Assembly: GCF_018977255.1 (NCBI RefSeq)
Contig: NW_024705508.1
Location: 1 to 38,343 of the forward strand
Reading direction: 5' to 3'
From: Callorhinchus milii
Taxonomy: Eukaryota
DNA length: 38,343 nt
Below the pieces are notes generated by a model. That model had not been told where the DNA came from and made no database searches. It was given only the letters and a program-made list of their open reading frames with translations. The position numbers were made by a program, and so were the translations under genes. Shown piece by piece: positions 1 through 11,054 of this stretch (its first letter is position 1; every line of letters starts with the position of its first letter).

Positions 1-361
1 ATCTCCCCATCTCTCCGACCTGCTTACCGCCCTACCCACTACCCCCTGCATGTCCCTTGTGTCCTCCGTTCCACCATCGTTGGCTGTGGTTTCAGCCGCT
101 ATGCCCCAAAACTCTGCCTTGTCCCTCCCTCCCTCCCTTCCCCATCTTCAGGTTGTGCCCGAAGACCGTCCATTTCGACTATGCCTACTGTCACCTCCCC
201 CTCCCGCCGGCTCGGCCTTGTGTTCTGCCACTGTCGAGCGCTCTGGGACTCTACCGTGCATGAGGGGCGCGGTGTAAATTGTTGTTGTTGTGAAAGCCGC
301 TTGTATCAGCTGTAAGGATTATTATCACTGCAATAACACATAATTCATTTTGTCCCCACAG

Positions 362-561
362 CTCTCGCTTGTCCTGCGAACAGCCATTACAAGGTGTGTG
401 CTGACACCTGTGGGTCTAACTGTGCAGGGCTCCTCGCTCCAGTGACCTGTAAGTTCAAGTGCACCGAGGGCTGTCAATGCGACTCTGGCTTCGTCTTCAG
501 TGGTGAACAGTGCATTCCTATAGCTAAGTGCGGCTGCACATTCGAGGGCAGATACATCCAG
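362..561 (+). CDS. FCGBP: FCGBP-like plus-strand copy, TIL-domain exon (LACPANSHYKVCADTC...EGRYIQ)
   Basis: cag acceptor 359-361, gt donor 562, 200 nt, Cys-rich TIL pattern; inverted twin of 4671-4870. Confidence 0.9.
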
Positions 562-687
562 GTAAATGCTCTGGGACGCTACCCTTCGTGAGGGGCGCTG
601 TATAAATGCAAGTTGTTATTGTTGTAAACAGCTCAGCTATCTGTGGCAGGGTGAATGAAGCAGGTGAGCATCTATTTGAAGCATCGT

Positions 688-1195
688 GGAGCCCTGTCGG
701 TTAGTGATTAGAACGCTCAATTCGCAAGGAAGCGAGAGGACCTGGGTTTGATTCCCGGGTGGGTCAGGGCGCAATGCTGGGCAAGCTTCCTTACCCACAC
801 GCGCACACGCCTCTGTTTACCAGCAGTAGGTAGGAACTCGCCTGTTAGTCGAATGGCGCATCGCATTTCCGGGGGTGATAATCCCCTCAAAATAAAAAAA
901 TTACACGGGGTGACCAAAATTCGTGATACCATTACAGTGTCTAACAAGTCCTAAAGAAATGATGATATTTTTGTGTGTTTTTAGATAATAGGGCACTTAT
1001 CACGACTTTTTAGTCACCTGGTAATATAATAATAAAGGGGTCATTCCATCCTGTACATCACTGTGCGCAATTGGCTGCTGCGTTTGGCCCACAAAACACA
1101 CAGTCACTACGCTTTGCAACGTATGCTGTGAAGCGGTTCGAGACGTCTTGAAGATGTGATAAGGCACTGTATCAAATGCAAGGATTCTTATTCAT
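688..1195 (+). mobile_element. tRNA-derived SINE (mirror copy at ~4035-4545, minus strand)
   Basis: Degenerate A/B box head (gggtttgattcc), gcaagcttccttac core, tail gtgaagcg...gtgataaggcactgtatcaaatgcaagg. Confidence 0.8.
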
Positions 1196-1231
1196 ATTGA
1201 GTTGAGTCACGGATGTTGTTTTTACCCCCAG

Positions 1232-1609
1232 CTAGGGGAGACGGTGCTGACAGACGACTGTAAGGCAAAGTGTAGTTGCCAGGCCTCTGGGGTGGTGCAT
1301 TGTCAGTCTGTGAGCTGCTCTACCAACGAAATCTGTGAGGTCAGGGATGGTGTGCGAAATTGCTTCAAGGATGGCACGTGCTCAATCAAGCAGGGGAAGC
1401 GCTTCACCACCTTCGACGGTTTATCCGGCGATGTACGATTGCCGGGCGTCTATGAGATAGCTTCGCTGTGTAACACGAGCTCCTCTGCCTGGTTCCGGGT
1501 GGTGGCGGATTTCCGAGTGTGCGACAGAAACGGGAACCCTGGTATCGCCACAACCTACATGTTCTTTCAAGATACCTTCATCGCAATTAATGCAAAAAAG
1601 CAGATCTGG
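1232..1609 (+). CDS. FCGBP: FCGBP-like plus-strand copy, TILa plus N-half of terminal vWD exon
   Basis: ccag acceptor then LGETVLTDDCKAKCSC...FTTFDG...AKKQIW, gtaagg donor; 378 nt. Confidence 0.9.
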
Positions 1610-1819
1610 GTAAGGCTCACAGCTAACAGTTGACAGTCCAAACAATTCCTTTGCAGCTTTGTGGTAAACTGTTTAAAAAGACAGATGTGTCCAATTGGCG
1701 GCAGTGTTTCGCCCACAAAACCACCAGTCACTTCACTTTACAGTGTACCCTGTGAAGTACTTTGAGATGTCTTGACGACGCGATAAGGCGCTGTATCAAA
1801 TGCAAGGATGTACTCGCCT

Positions 1820-2306
1820 CGGGGTACAACGTAGATTCACTAGGTTGGTTCCTGGGATGAGGGGAATGAGTTATGAGGATAGGTTGAGCAATTTAGGCCT
1901 ATATTCTCTAGAATATAGAAGAATGAGAGATGATCTTATAGAAACCTATAAGATTATTAAGGGGCGCGACAGAATAGGTAGTGGGAGATTTTTTCCCCCT
2001 GGTTGGAGAAGCTATAACCAGCGGTCACGGTGTTAAAATTAGGGGTAAGCCCTTTCGCGCTGAGTTGAGGAAGGAACTTCTTCACTCAGAGGGTAGTGAA
2101 TTTATGGAATTCTCTACCCCCAAAGGTGCTCAGTCCTTGAACATATTCAAGACTGAGATTGATCGATTTCTTGTGGATAAAGGGATATGGGGATAAGGCG
2201 GGCGGGTGGAGTTAGAATAGATCAGCCATGATCTTATTGAATGGCGGGGCAGGGCTCGAGGGGCCGAATGGCCTACTCCTGCTCCTAGTTCTTATGTCCT
2301 TATGTC
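1820..2306 (+). mobile_element. CR1 LINE 3' fragment (RT C-terminus plus 3' UTR)
   Basis: VQRRFTRLVPGMRGMSYEDRL...LGLYSLE.RRMRDDLIETYKI; tail ggccgaatggcctactcctgctcctagttcttatg typical of chondrichthyan CR1. Confidence 0.9.
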
Positions 2307-2333
2307 GGTAAATCTCCTTTGCTCTCTCGCCAG

Positions 2334-2629
2334 GTAAACGGACGTCCCTTGAAACGGAGTCAACTCCCATACAGCGCCAGCTCTACCGTGACCTTAAGGG
2401 TCAAGGCCAGTTATGTGGTTGCAGAACACTCTTCGAAGATCATGGTGTGGTTTGACGGGTCCCAGGAGCTGACGGTGACCTTAGTGGATGAGTACGCCGG
2501 TCGTCTGTGTGGCCCCTGCGGGAACTTCAACGGTAATTTGGATGACGAGCTGGTGCTCCCTGGCGGCGAGGCTGCCGGCAACGTTGTGCAGCTTGTCACA
2601 CGGTGGCTGGCTGAAGATTTCTCAGTCTG
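2334..2629 (+). CDS. FCGBP: FCGBP-like plus-strand copy, C-half of terminal vWD exon
   Basis: Polypyrimidine tract and cag acceptor, then VNGRP...LCGPCGNFNG...WLAEDFSV, gtgagt donor (phase 2). Confidence 0.9.
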
Positions 2630-2689
2630 GTGAGTTTTCATTCGCAATCGTGGGGTGGGGTTCGTTTCCCCAAGTGTAGCCACAACAAA

Positions 2690-3075
2690 ATCTGTTCAGT
2701 CTCGTCCTGTCGCTCAGCAAACGAAAGGGCCTGGGGTTCGATTTCCAGCGGGACCGGCAATTTTCCTCACCCCCACGCGCGGACACCCTCGCGCACCTCT
2801 CTGCGTACCTCGCAGTGAGTAAGAACCCGCTTGTTTTGAGTCGATCGGCGGATCGCTTTTCCGGGGCTTTTCCAACCCCTCGAAAAAACAGGAAGAAGAA
2901 TTTGGCCCCTCTCAATCCACGACCGTTTGCGGGACAGTTTTCGCCCGCAAACAGACGGCCGTGAGGTCAGCTCACTTGACAGGCGTGTTCCGCGAAGCGC
3001 TTTGAGGCGTCTGGAAGACGCGAAAAGCGCCGCATCAAATGCAAGGATTGTTATCATTATAAATCATCATTATTA
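2690..3075 (+). mobile_element. tRNA-derived SINE in the last intron of the plus copy
   Basis: gggttcgattt B box, shared core and tail ending in (att)-rich sequence. Confidence 0.7.
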
Positions 3076-3244
3076 ATTCATTGACTGCCACCTTTTTTGC
3101 CCATAAAATACAGTCACTACCCTTTACGGTATATCCTGTGAGAGGCGCTCTGAGATATCTCAATGACGTGATGAGGAGCTGTATCAAACGCCCGGATTAT
3201 TATTTAAACGCAACTGCCTTTTTTTTTCTTTCTTACCTTCTCAG

Positions 3245-3254
3245 CACCGACTGA
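3245..3254 (+). CDS. FCGBP: FCGBP-like terminal coding exon (C-T-D-stop; protein ends ...WLAEDFSVCTD)
   Basis: Strong polypyrimidine tract ending tcag at 3244; the phase-2 join gives TGC ACC GAC TGA; resembles the short W-x-A-x-D-F-S-x-C end of FCGBP proteins. Confidence 0.8.
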
Positions 3255-3486
3255 AAGACATCGATGGGAACGTCCGACAGCCAGAAGCCAAATCCAAGAT
3301 CGTCGCGAACCAACGCAACTTCTCTCTTCCGCAGAATCAATCGTTTACTTACTTTCCTTCATCCCTTCCTCCATTCCTCCCATGTCACCGCGATGGTCAA
3401 ACGCAACCAAGGTTACGGGACGCTTTTTGTTTTTTTTTTTGCGCGCGCGTGTGTGTGTGTGTGTGACGCGTAAAAAAAAAAAAGCT

Positions 3487-3520
3487 AATAAAATTTCCAT
3501 CCTTTACGGCGCTTAATAAA
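3487..3520 (+). terminator. Two AATAAA polyadenylation signals (3487-3492, 3515-3520) of the plus-strand copy
   Basis: Canonical hexamers about 230-270 nt after the stop codon, followed by T-rich sequence. Confidence 0.7.
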
Positions 3521-3574
3521 CGCGGCTGTTGACCTCTTTTTCTTTCAAGACTGCGAGCTCGCGCCTCCTTCTCT

Positions 3575-3710
3575 CGCGCGCGCGCGCGCACAGGCGCACA
3601 CACACAGTCACTCACGCACACACAGTCACACATACACAGTCTCACACACACACACAGTCACACATACACAGTCACACACACACACACACAGTCACACACA
3701 GTCACACATA
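3575..3710. repeat. (CG)n/(CA)n compound microsatellite at the inversion breakpoint
   Basis: cgcgcgcg...cacacagtca repeats directly abutting the truncated exon at 3711. Confidence 0.9.
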
Positions 3711-3999
3711 ACACTCGGAAATCCGCCACCACCCGGAACCAGGCAGAGGAGCTCGTGTTACACAGCGAAGCTATCTCATAGACGCCCGGCAATCGTACAT
3801 CGCCGGATAAACCGTCGAAGGTGGTGAAGCGCTTCCCCTGCTTGATTGAGCACGTGCCATCCTTGAAGCAATTTCGCACACCATCCCTGACCTCACAGAT
3901 TTCGTTGGTAGAGCAGCTCACAGACTGACAATGCACCACCCCAGAGGCCTGGCAACTACACTTTGCCTTACAGTCGTCTGTCAGCACCGTCTCCCCTAG
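3711..3999 (-). CDS. FCGBP: Truncated TILa plus terminal vWD exon of the minus copy (reads into the microsatellite, stop at 3658)
   Basis: Matches plus exon 1232-1520, then diverges abruptly after VADFRV. Confidence 0.8.
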
Positions 4000-4670
4000 C
4001 TGGGGGGTAAAAACAACATCCGTGACTCAACTCAATATGAATAAGAATCCTTGCATTTGATACAGTGCCTTATCACATCTTCAAGACGTCTCGAACCGCT
4101 TCACAGCATACGTTGCAAAGCGTAGTGACTGTGTGTTTTGTGGGCCAAACGCAGCAGCCAATTGCGCACAGTGATGTACAGGATGGAATGACCCCTTTAT
4201 TATTATATTACCAGGTGACTAAAAAGTCGTGATAAGTGCCCTATTATCTAAAAACACACAAAAATATCATCATTTCTTTAGGACTTGTTAGACATTGTAA
4301 TGGTATCACGAATTTTGGTCACCCCGTGTAATTTTTTTATTTTGAGGGGATTATCACCCCCGGAAATGCGATGCGCCATTCGACTAACAGGCGAGTTCCT
4401 ACCTACTGCTGGTAAACAGAGGCGTGTGCGCGTGTGGAGTAAGGAAGCTTGCCCAGCATTGCGCCCTGACCCACCCGGGAATCAAACCCAGGTCCTCTCG
4501 CTTCCTTGCGAATTGAGCGTTCTAATCACTAACCGACAGGGCTCCACGATGCTTCAAATAGATGCTTCATTCACCCTGCCACAGATAGCTGAGCTGCACG
4601 CCGTTTACAACAATAACAACTTGCATTTATACAGCGCCCCTCACGAAGGGTAGCGTCCCAGAGCATTTAC

Positions 4671-4870
4671 CTGGATGTATCTGCCCTCGAATGTGCAGCC
4701 GCACTTAGCTATAGGAATGCACTGTTCACCACTGAAGACGAAGCCAGAGTCGCATTGACAGCCCTCGGTGCACTTGAACTTACAGGTCACTGGAGCGAGG
4801 AGCCCTGCACAGTTAGACCCACAGGTGTCAGCACACACCTTGTAATGGCTGTTCGCAGGACAAGCGAGAG
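4671..4870 (-). CDS. FCGBP: TIL exon
   Basis: 200 nt, ag/gt flanks, CPANSHY...CQCDSGFVFSGEQC. Confidence 0.85.
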
Positions 4871-5576
4871 CTGTGGGGACAAAATGAATTATGTGTTATT
4901 GCAGTGATAATAATCCTTACAGCTGATACAAGCGGCTTTCACAACAACAACAATTTACACCGCGCCCCTCATGCACGGTAGAGTCCCAGAGCGCTCGACA
5001 GTGGCAGAGCACAAGGCCGAGCCGGCGGGAGGGGGAGGTGACAGTAGGCATAGTCGAAATGGACGGTCTTCGGGCACAACCTGAAGATGGGGAAGGGAGG
5101 GAGGGAGGGACAAGGCAGAGTTTTGGGGCATAGCGGCTGAAACCACAGCCAACGATGGTGGAACGGAGGACACAAGGGACATGCAGGGGGTAGTGGGTAG
5201 GGCGGTAAGCAGGTCGGAGAGATGGGGAGATTGCCTGGACATGAAGTGATTTGAAAATTGAGTGTGAGGATCTATCGGTGAAAGGAAGCCTGTGGAGTCT
5301 GGCTAGAACTGGTGTGACGGGAGGACATCTCAAAGCGCTTCACAGGATTCACTGAAAAGAGCAGTGACTGTATGGTGTGGGTGAAACGCAGTAGCCAATG
5401 TGTGTACAGCGACCTTCCCGCAAACAGCCGTGAAGTGAATGAACGATCCTATTTGGGGAGATTGATGATTACTCAATCAAGACAACAACTTGCATTTACA
5501 TAGCCCCCCCACAGCGCTTAATCTTATCTGCGGGATTTCTGCAATGACCCATCTGTGTCGGTGTTGTTGGACTTAC

Positions 5577-6147
5577 GGCAGAAGGTAGGGGTCCTCCAGC
5601 TCTCAATGTTGACTCCCACGGCCTGACAGGCCGACACATAGGCTTGAATGCTGTCACAGAGGACCTTGACGTCCCCATTCGCCTTACACACATCGTACAC
5701 GCAGTGCTGAAAGTAGTTGTGAGGATTGATGAGCTGGTGGCATTCGTGTAAGGAAGACTTCTCTGTGGTCAATAGGCCGCATTGATCCACTGACTGGAAA
5801 GTGGCCACACGGCTGGGATCACACTCTGGGCATTGCCCTTCACATCCGTCTGCACACTTGGCTCCCTCAACAACCACCTTCCAGCTGGACCCAAATGCAG
5901 TCGGGTTGCTCAACACTTGCCCGTCAGGGCTCTTAAACTCGTCAGTCTTCAGGCCATTAAAGTTGCCACAAAGACCACCCAATTTGTCCTGATACGTGCT
6001 GGGGACGCCCACCGCCACGTAATAGACTGCGTCGTAAGTGACCTGCAACCCAAAGGCTGTCTTCAGCACCAAGTTGACTCCCTCCTGGGTGACCTTGACT
6101 GTTTTGGACGGCAACGTGTAGGGCAGGTAAATTAGCTCATCGTCAAC
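5577..6147 (-). CDS. FCGBP: vWD7 C-half plus C8 exon
   Basis: 571 nt, VDDEL...LGGLCGNFNG...CVYDVC...WRTPTFC, gtaagt donor. Confidence 0.9.
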
Positions 6148-6299
6148 CTGCAGAAGGAGAGGAGGCAGAACAACAAATTCAACTTGTGTGTCTAGACACT
6201 GAAACTCACTCACACACTCAAACTCCCCAAGGCGTTCAGTATTGAAGGAGAAACCTCAAATGAAACTCTCTCAAAATAATAATAATAATAATAATCCTT

Positions 6300-6630
6300 G
6301 CAGGATATGTTGTAAAGTGTATTTTGTGGGCGAAGGTGAGTGATCCATTTTATTTGGGAGATTCTCGGCCAGGACACCAGGAGAGGGAGCGAGGGAGGAA
6401 CTCCTCTTTATGAACGGTGCCACGAGAGATGTTTAGCATCCACCTGAACAAACAGACGGGATCTCGGTTTAACATCTCATCCAAACGAAGGCACCTCCAA
6501 CGATTCAGCGCTGTCCCATCCCTGCACTGAAGTATCAGCTGAGAAGATGTGATTCCAAGTCTTGACGTGGGGCTTGAACCCACAAATTTCTGACTCAGAG
6601 GCGAGAGCGCTACCACCACGCCAGGCTGGC
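6300..6630 (-). mobile_element. Deu-domain SINE (SacSINE1-like)
   Basis: Head gtggtagcgctctcgcctctgagtcagaa...gggttcaagcccca; Deu core ggaggtgcc...ggatgagatgttaaaccgag...tcaggtggatg...ctcctggtgtcctggcc. Confidence 0.75.
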
Positions 6631-6675
6631 ACAAACATCGAACACTCATCCGAATGATCAGTCCTAGTCACTCAC

Positions 6676-7255
6676 CCACATTTTCCACCTGTTGTCTTTC
6701 TTCATTAGGAACTTGTGTCCATAAACTTCCACCAACACGAGTCTGGTGACTCCCCATTGCCCAACTTCTTGTTCTCCACCTGCACATGGAACTTGACCAG
6801 CTTCTTGTCCTCGACCATGACCTTCGTCAGCGTGTAAGTGCAAGTGCCTTGGAAGTCGAAGGCCAGGCCGTCGAACGAGACGTAATGAAGGTCTCCAGCC
6901 GCGACACACTTGCCACATCCCTCTGCATGACAGCCCTTGACTCCGTCCACCACCTTACACTCCTGTTTGTGGCAACAAGTAAAGTTCTCACATGCCACCT
7001 GCTTGTTGTCCTGACACGTACACTTCTCTTGGCAGAGGTCCCGGGGGTAAAAGACCTCCCCTCTCTTGTAGTAGCGGCCCTCGTACCGGCAGCCGCACTG
7101 GTTGAGGGGAACGCACTCCTCCCCGCTCAGCGTGAAGCCGCTATCACACTGGCAGCCCTCTTTACAGGAGGCTTCACACCCCTCAGATGGGCTACATGTA
7201 GTAGGGCAGCCAGACCCGCAGAGCTCATAGTGGCTGTGCCTGGGACAATTCGACG
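6676..7255 (-). CDS. FCGBP: TIL-TILa-vWD7 N-half exon with a frameshift at ~6751
   Basis: CPRHSHYELCGSGCP...CVAAGDLHY...ENKKLGNG in one frame and VTRLVLVEVYG...KMW in another; length 580 breaks the phase. Confidence 0.85.
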
Positions 7256-7690
7256 CTGCAAATGAATGACAGTCACATTAGGGAAACAAGCCATGATTTG
7301 AGGATTGAGTGTTTGAGGAACAATAATCGACAGCAAGTGTATCAATCTAAAATTATAATACTTTCGCTTGGTACCGTCGCGTGGATGTTGCAAAGCCCCT
7401 CACGGGACACATTTAGAAAGCATATAATAATAATCCTTGCCTATGATATCGCGCCTTATCACGTCATATTATCCCCAGATTCGATAACAACTTTCAAGAG
7501 AGATGTGGATAGATATTTGGGGAAGACAAGTTTGCGGGGCTATGGGTAGAGAGCGAGGGAGTGGGATTGATTTGGACAGCTCTTTGAAAGAGCCGGCACG
7601 GGCACGATGGCCGAATGGCCTCCTTCAGTGCTCTATTATTCTATGATTCTAACCTTCTGACGGCACTTGAAGCTTGAATGTTATACTCAC

Positions 7691-8258
7691 GGCAGAAATC
7701 ATTGCTCCTCCATTGATGGACTTCCACACCTGCCTGCTGACAGACCTCAGTGTAAGCGGAGAGCGCATCACAGAGGGGAGCCTGTATCCCTTGGTACTGA
7801 CACACGTCAAAGACACAGCTCTCGAAAAACCCTTTGGGGTCGATGGTGGCGTGGCAGTCACGGAAGGGTCCTGTTCTGCTCCGGATAATATCACAATAGT
7901 TTCTGCCTTGGTACTTAACCTTACTGGCCGTGTCGCACACAGGACAGTTCTCCGTGCATCCGGCTGTGCAGCCGGGGATATCAGCCACCTTCCAGCTGTG
8001 CCCGAAGGCAACGGCGCTGGGAGCTGGCTTGCCGTCCTGCATTTTCAAGTCGTCTTCGCGGTCGCTGTTGTAGTTCCCGCAAAGCCCACACACACTGTTA
8101 GCGTAGTTGCTGGGCAGGGTGACGGAAACCCGGCTCTTCCAGTCAAAGGTGACTCTCAGACCGAAATCCGTCTTCACCACAGCTGTCCAGCCGCTCCTGT
8201 AGGCAACGATGCGGTTCGTGTCCAAGTTATATGGGAGGGCGACCGACACTTGGTTCAC
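7691..8258 (-). CDS. FCGBP: vWD6 C-half plus C8 exon
   Basis: 568 nt, VNQV...VCGLCGNYN...CVFDVC...WRSNDFC, gtgagt donor. Confidence 0.92.
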
Positions 8259-8430
8259 CTGGAACACAAATGGAACATAAAATAATAATAGCGATCCCGG
8301 CATTTGACCCAGAGCCTTATCACGTCGTCGAGACATCTCAAAGCGCTCCACCGGCTACACCGGAATAATAGCAACAACCAATGCGTATTGCGTTGCGTTA
8401 AATGGCTGACCACGGATCAGTTAGCCTTAC

Positions 8431-9029
8431 CGTAATCCTGAGCGGGTTGTCTACACTGATGACGATGGTGGTTTCGTGCACCTCGATTAACACGACTTTG
8501 GTGAACGCCACTGCGTTGTTACCCCGATGGTTGTTCTGAACGTCGACCTTGAATGGAATGAGGTTGGGATCATTGTAGCACAGGGCGGCCAGCTGATAGA
8601 CGCAGGTTCCCTGGAAGTCAAACCTCCCGCCGTCAAATGAGATGTAATGTAGGTCTCCCGAGGCCCAGCAGGTGGCTTGGCTGGTTGGGACACAGCTTGG
8701 AACTCCATCAACGAGAGCACATTGCTCTCTCAATTTGCACTTACTCTTGTGGCAGAGCACCTTATTCGAGGCAGGGTTACACACGCACAGCTCCTCACAC
8801 TTGCCATCCGACCAGAATCTGTCATTGGGTTTGTAGACGCGACCTCCGTGCGCGCAGCCACAGGTCTGGATTGAGACGCACTTGTCTCCGGTCCTCACGT
8901 GGCCCTCGTCGCAGTCACAGCCTTCCACACAGCGCTGTTTGCATTTCAAGGGAGCCAAGGGATCCTCGCACGTGGCCGGGCAGGCAATCGCACAGGCTGC
9001 GTAGTGACTGTTCTCAGGACACTTGATAT
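8431..9029 (-). CDS. FCGBP: TIL-TILa-vWD6 N-half exon
   Basis: 599 nt, IKCPENSHY...CWASGDLHYISFDG...LRIT, gtaagg donor. Confidence 0.92.
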
Positions 9030-9204
9030 CTGCGGAGAACAAAAGGCACACGACAGGTGTCTCAAGTGAGAGGGGGCGTGGAATCCGGTCACGTAATGGT
9101 TAGAGTACTTGCCTCCAACTGAGAGGACCTGGGTTTGATTCCCAGTCAGGTCAGGGAGAAACCTTAGGCAAGTTTGCATTTTCGAGGGTATGAAGGGCAA
9201 ATTT

Positions 9205-9590
9205 ATAATAATAATCCTTGCATATGATACAACGTCTTCGAGACGTCTCAAAGCGCTTCTCAGCATACAACTGTAAAGTGTAGTGACTGTGTGATTTGTA
9301 GGCAAAACGCGGCAGTCAATTGTTCACAGTTGTGTCCCACAAATAGTCATGGATTGAGTGATGAAATAGTAATTTTTTTTGAATGGATTATTACTCCCAG
9401 AAAGTGATGCGGCAGTCGACTAACAAGCGTTTTCCTATTTAATGCTGGTAAACTGAGACGTGTGTGGGTGTGTATCTGGAGTTAGGAAACTTGCCTAAGG
9501 CTTTTGCCCTGATCTGATCCGCCCAGGAATCAAACCCATATCCTGTCGCTTGTTTGCGAGGCGAGTGCTCCAACCACTAAACTACAGGAT
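9205..9590 (-). mobile_element. tRNA-derived SINE (plus an opposite-strand head fragment at ~9075-9180)
   Basis: Head tcctgtagtttagtggttggagcactcgcctcgcaa...gggtttgattcc, family core and tail. Confidence 0.8.
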
Positions 9591-9738
9591 GCCACAGATG
9601 TAAGAGTTAGCAATTTTCCATCTATTCCCCCCGTTGTGTGTTGCAGTTTGTGTGATGGGTACTATATTATGTTTATTATATTAATACAAGCTGTTGTGGG
9701 TGTTGTTCAGAAATACTGAGTGATGGGGGGAGCATTAC

Positions 9739-9874
9739 CTGAGTCGCAGCCCATTTTCCCGCCTTTAATCTCACAGTACTGTTTTTTAGGGCAGGAGAAG
9801 TCCTCACAGACAAACTCTGCTTTGGTACATTTGCATTTCTTGGTGCAGTTGTTCTGTATCTGATATTCCTCGGA
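9739..9874 (-). CDS. FCGBP: Stand-alone TILa/vWC-like exon (SEEYQIQNNCTKKCKC...CEIKGGKMGCDS), not in the ORF track in this frame
   Basis: ttatag acceptor, gtaatg donor, 136 nt, phase 0 to 1, which exactly bridges the neighbouring exons. Confidence 0.85.
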
Positions 9875-10441
9875 CTATAAACAAAGTGGGAATAAATGGC
9901 AGAGGCCAGAAAAAACATCCGTCACTCCATAATTCTGGTGTAATTCCAACCTGCTCGCTTGGACCAGCAGCTTCTTGAAGCCAATAGCAACAACAGCAAC
10001 AACACATTGCATTTACACAACTCCTTTCACGTTGGGAGGACCTCCAAAAGCATTGGACTTGTCTCAGTCAGGGATTTGGATCCAAGCTGGGGGGTGGGAT
10101 TGGGGAGGATGGAGGGCTGTGGGGGGGGGGGGGGGGCAGAGTGAAGAGGAGGGGTTTGAGACATGTCTCGAAGGAGGCGAGGGAGGGGGCGAGGCGGACT
10201 GTTGGACGGAGTTCCAGAGAGTGGGGGCAGAGAGGCTGAAGGCCCAACCGCCAATGGTGGGTCGGGCCGGGGCAGGGACGTGGAGCTGAGCGGAGGGATG
10301 CCATTATAATTGTTCGGCCTCAGTAACAACACCTTGCATTTATATGGCGCCCTTCATGCCGGACGGCATCTCGGAGCGCTTGACAGCCGCGCAGATATAA
10401 CACACTCTTTCACACACGAGAGACACCCCATGACGGGTTAC

Positions 10442-10641
10442 CTTGTAATACTGTCCATTCTCAAAGCAGCCACACTTCTCACTGGAAATGCACTGGTCAC
10501 CATCAGCATAAAATCCGTCATCGCACTCGCAGCCTTCAGTACAGGTCTTGGGGCAGTTGGGGAAGCCACTGACGGCAGCACAGCTACCAGTGCAGGTCTG
10601 GGCACATTGTTCATAGTGACTGTTAGAGGGGCATTGAAGAG
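10442..10641 (-). CDS. FCGBP: TIL exon
   Basis: 200 nt, LQCPSNSHYEQC...CGCFENGQYYK, gtaacc donor. Confidence 0.9.
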
Positions 10642-11054
10642 CTGCAGAAACAAACACAAGACAACAGTCAGAAGATACTTATTCAAGACCCTGGTCCATA
10701 CCTTCAAAGCCCTCCAGGCCCTGCTCCTCCCTACCTACCTCTGGGACCTCCTTAAACGCCTATCAATGTGTCCGCGCTCTCCCTCCACTCAGCAGGCTCT
10801 GGCTTGCTTGATGCCCCCGCCCGGCCCACCCCACCATCGGCAGCTTCTCCTCTTGACGTGAAATGCACTGCGTAAATGTCATTTGTTGTTGTTGTTGTGT
10901 GTGTGGAGCAAGGAAACTTGCCCAAGGTTTCGCCCTGTCCCGCCTGGTAAATCGAACCCAGGTCCTCTCGCTTGTGAGGCGAGCACTCTCACCACTGAGC
11001 TACAGGACTCCCCACACGAGAGTCAGCCTGATTATCCGCGAATACTATACTTAC

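Larger units (their letters stand above)
1..1520. repeat. Left arm of a long inverted duplication (pairs with 3711-5231; extends off the window edge)
   Basis: Reverse-complement match of exons, introns and SINE, with a few substitutions and indels. Confidence 0.95.
3711..5231. repeat. Right arm of the inverted duplication
   Basis: Position 1 pairs with 5231, 1232 with 3999, and 1520 with 3711. Confidence 0.95.
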
